A stretch of DNA of 17,516 nt, taken from positions 1 through 17,516 of the IMG/VR virus record IMGVR_UViG_3300045988_103075. One strand, 5' to 3'. The DNA is from a virus. Its lineage: Duplodnaviria > Heunggongvirae > Uroviricota > Caudoviricetes. Position numbers and translations under genes: made by a program. The notes beneath the pieces were generated by a model. It was not told where the DNA came from and did not search any database. It worked only from the letters and a program-made list of their open reading frames with translations. Below, one piece after another: positions 17,342 through 17,516 of this stretch (position 1 is the stretch's first letter; each line of letters opens with the position of its first letter).

Positions 17342-17471
17342 CGCCCGCTTCATGGGGCGGTTTTAATGCAGTTGCATGAGTACGTTGAATCCTCGCTAGC
17401 TGTGACGTAAAGCAATGAGGACGCATAACTTTGACACATGCAAAACCATGCACCTGATACATTCATAGTTA

Positions 17472-17516
17472 CTGTCTCTTATACACATCTCCGAGCCCAC
17501 GAGACATCTCAGGATC
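17472..17516. other. Illumina Nextera adapter (Tn5 mosaic end plus read-2 adapter), a sequencing artefact and not genomic
   Basis: Exact CTGTCTCTTATACACATCT (17472..17490) followed by CCGAGCCCACGAGAC (17491..17505), then 8 nt resembling an index and ATC at the window end. Confidence 0.9.

Noticed and set aside
1-17516. Looked for tRNA or rRNA genes, CRISPR repeats, integrase or attachment sites, and IS or transposon ends
   Set aside because: None found. The only transposon-like sequence is the synthetic Nextera mosaic end at 17472..17490, which is an adapter artefact. Integration and immunity genes of P2-like phages lie outside this late-gene window.

Overview
This window is almost entirely the late (morphogenesis plus lysis) region of a P2-like temperate myovirus from an enterobacterial host. 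It runs from the 5' end of tail sheath gene FI (window start, minus strand) through G-H-I-J-W-V, S-R, the lysis cassette (lysC/lysB/lysA/K/Y) and X-L-M-N-O, all on the minus strand, then the divergently transcribed terminase and portal genes P and Q on the plus strand, an intrinsic terminator and a P2-type 19-nt cos sequence. Gene identities come from my recollection of the P2 proteins plus operon order and protein lengths, not from a database search. Two AT-rich single-gene cargo insertions (morons) interrupt the GC-rich late operons: one between FI and G, in the slot where P2 carries its lysogenic-conversion gene Z/fun, and one between V and S on the opposite strand. I cannot assign either protein to a known family; they are the best candidates here for an undescribed phage-exclusion or defence function. 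The final 45 nt are Illumina Nextera adapter, so the window ends at an artefactual contig terminus about 130 bp past cos. No rRNA, tRNA, CRISPR array, integrase, attachment site or IS element is visible.
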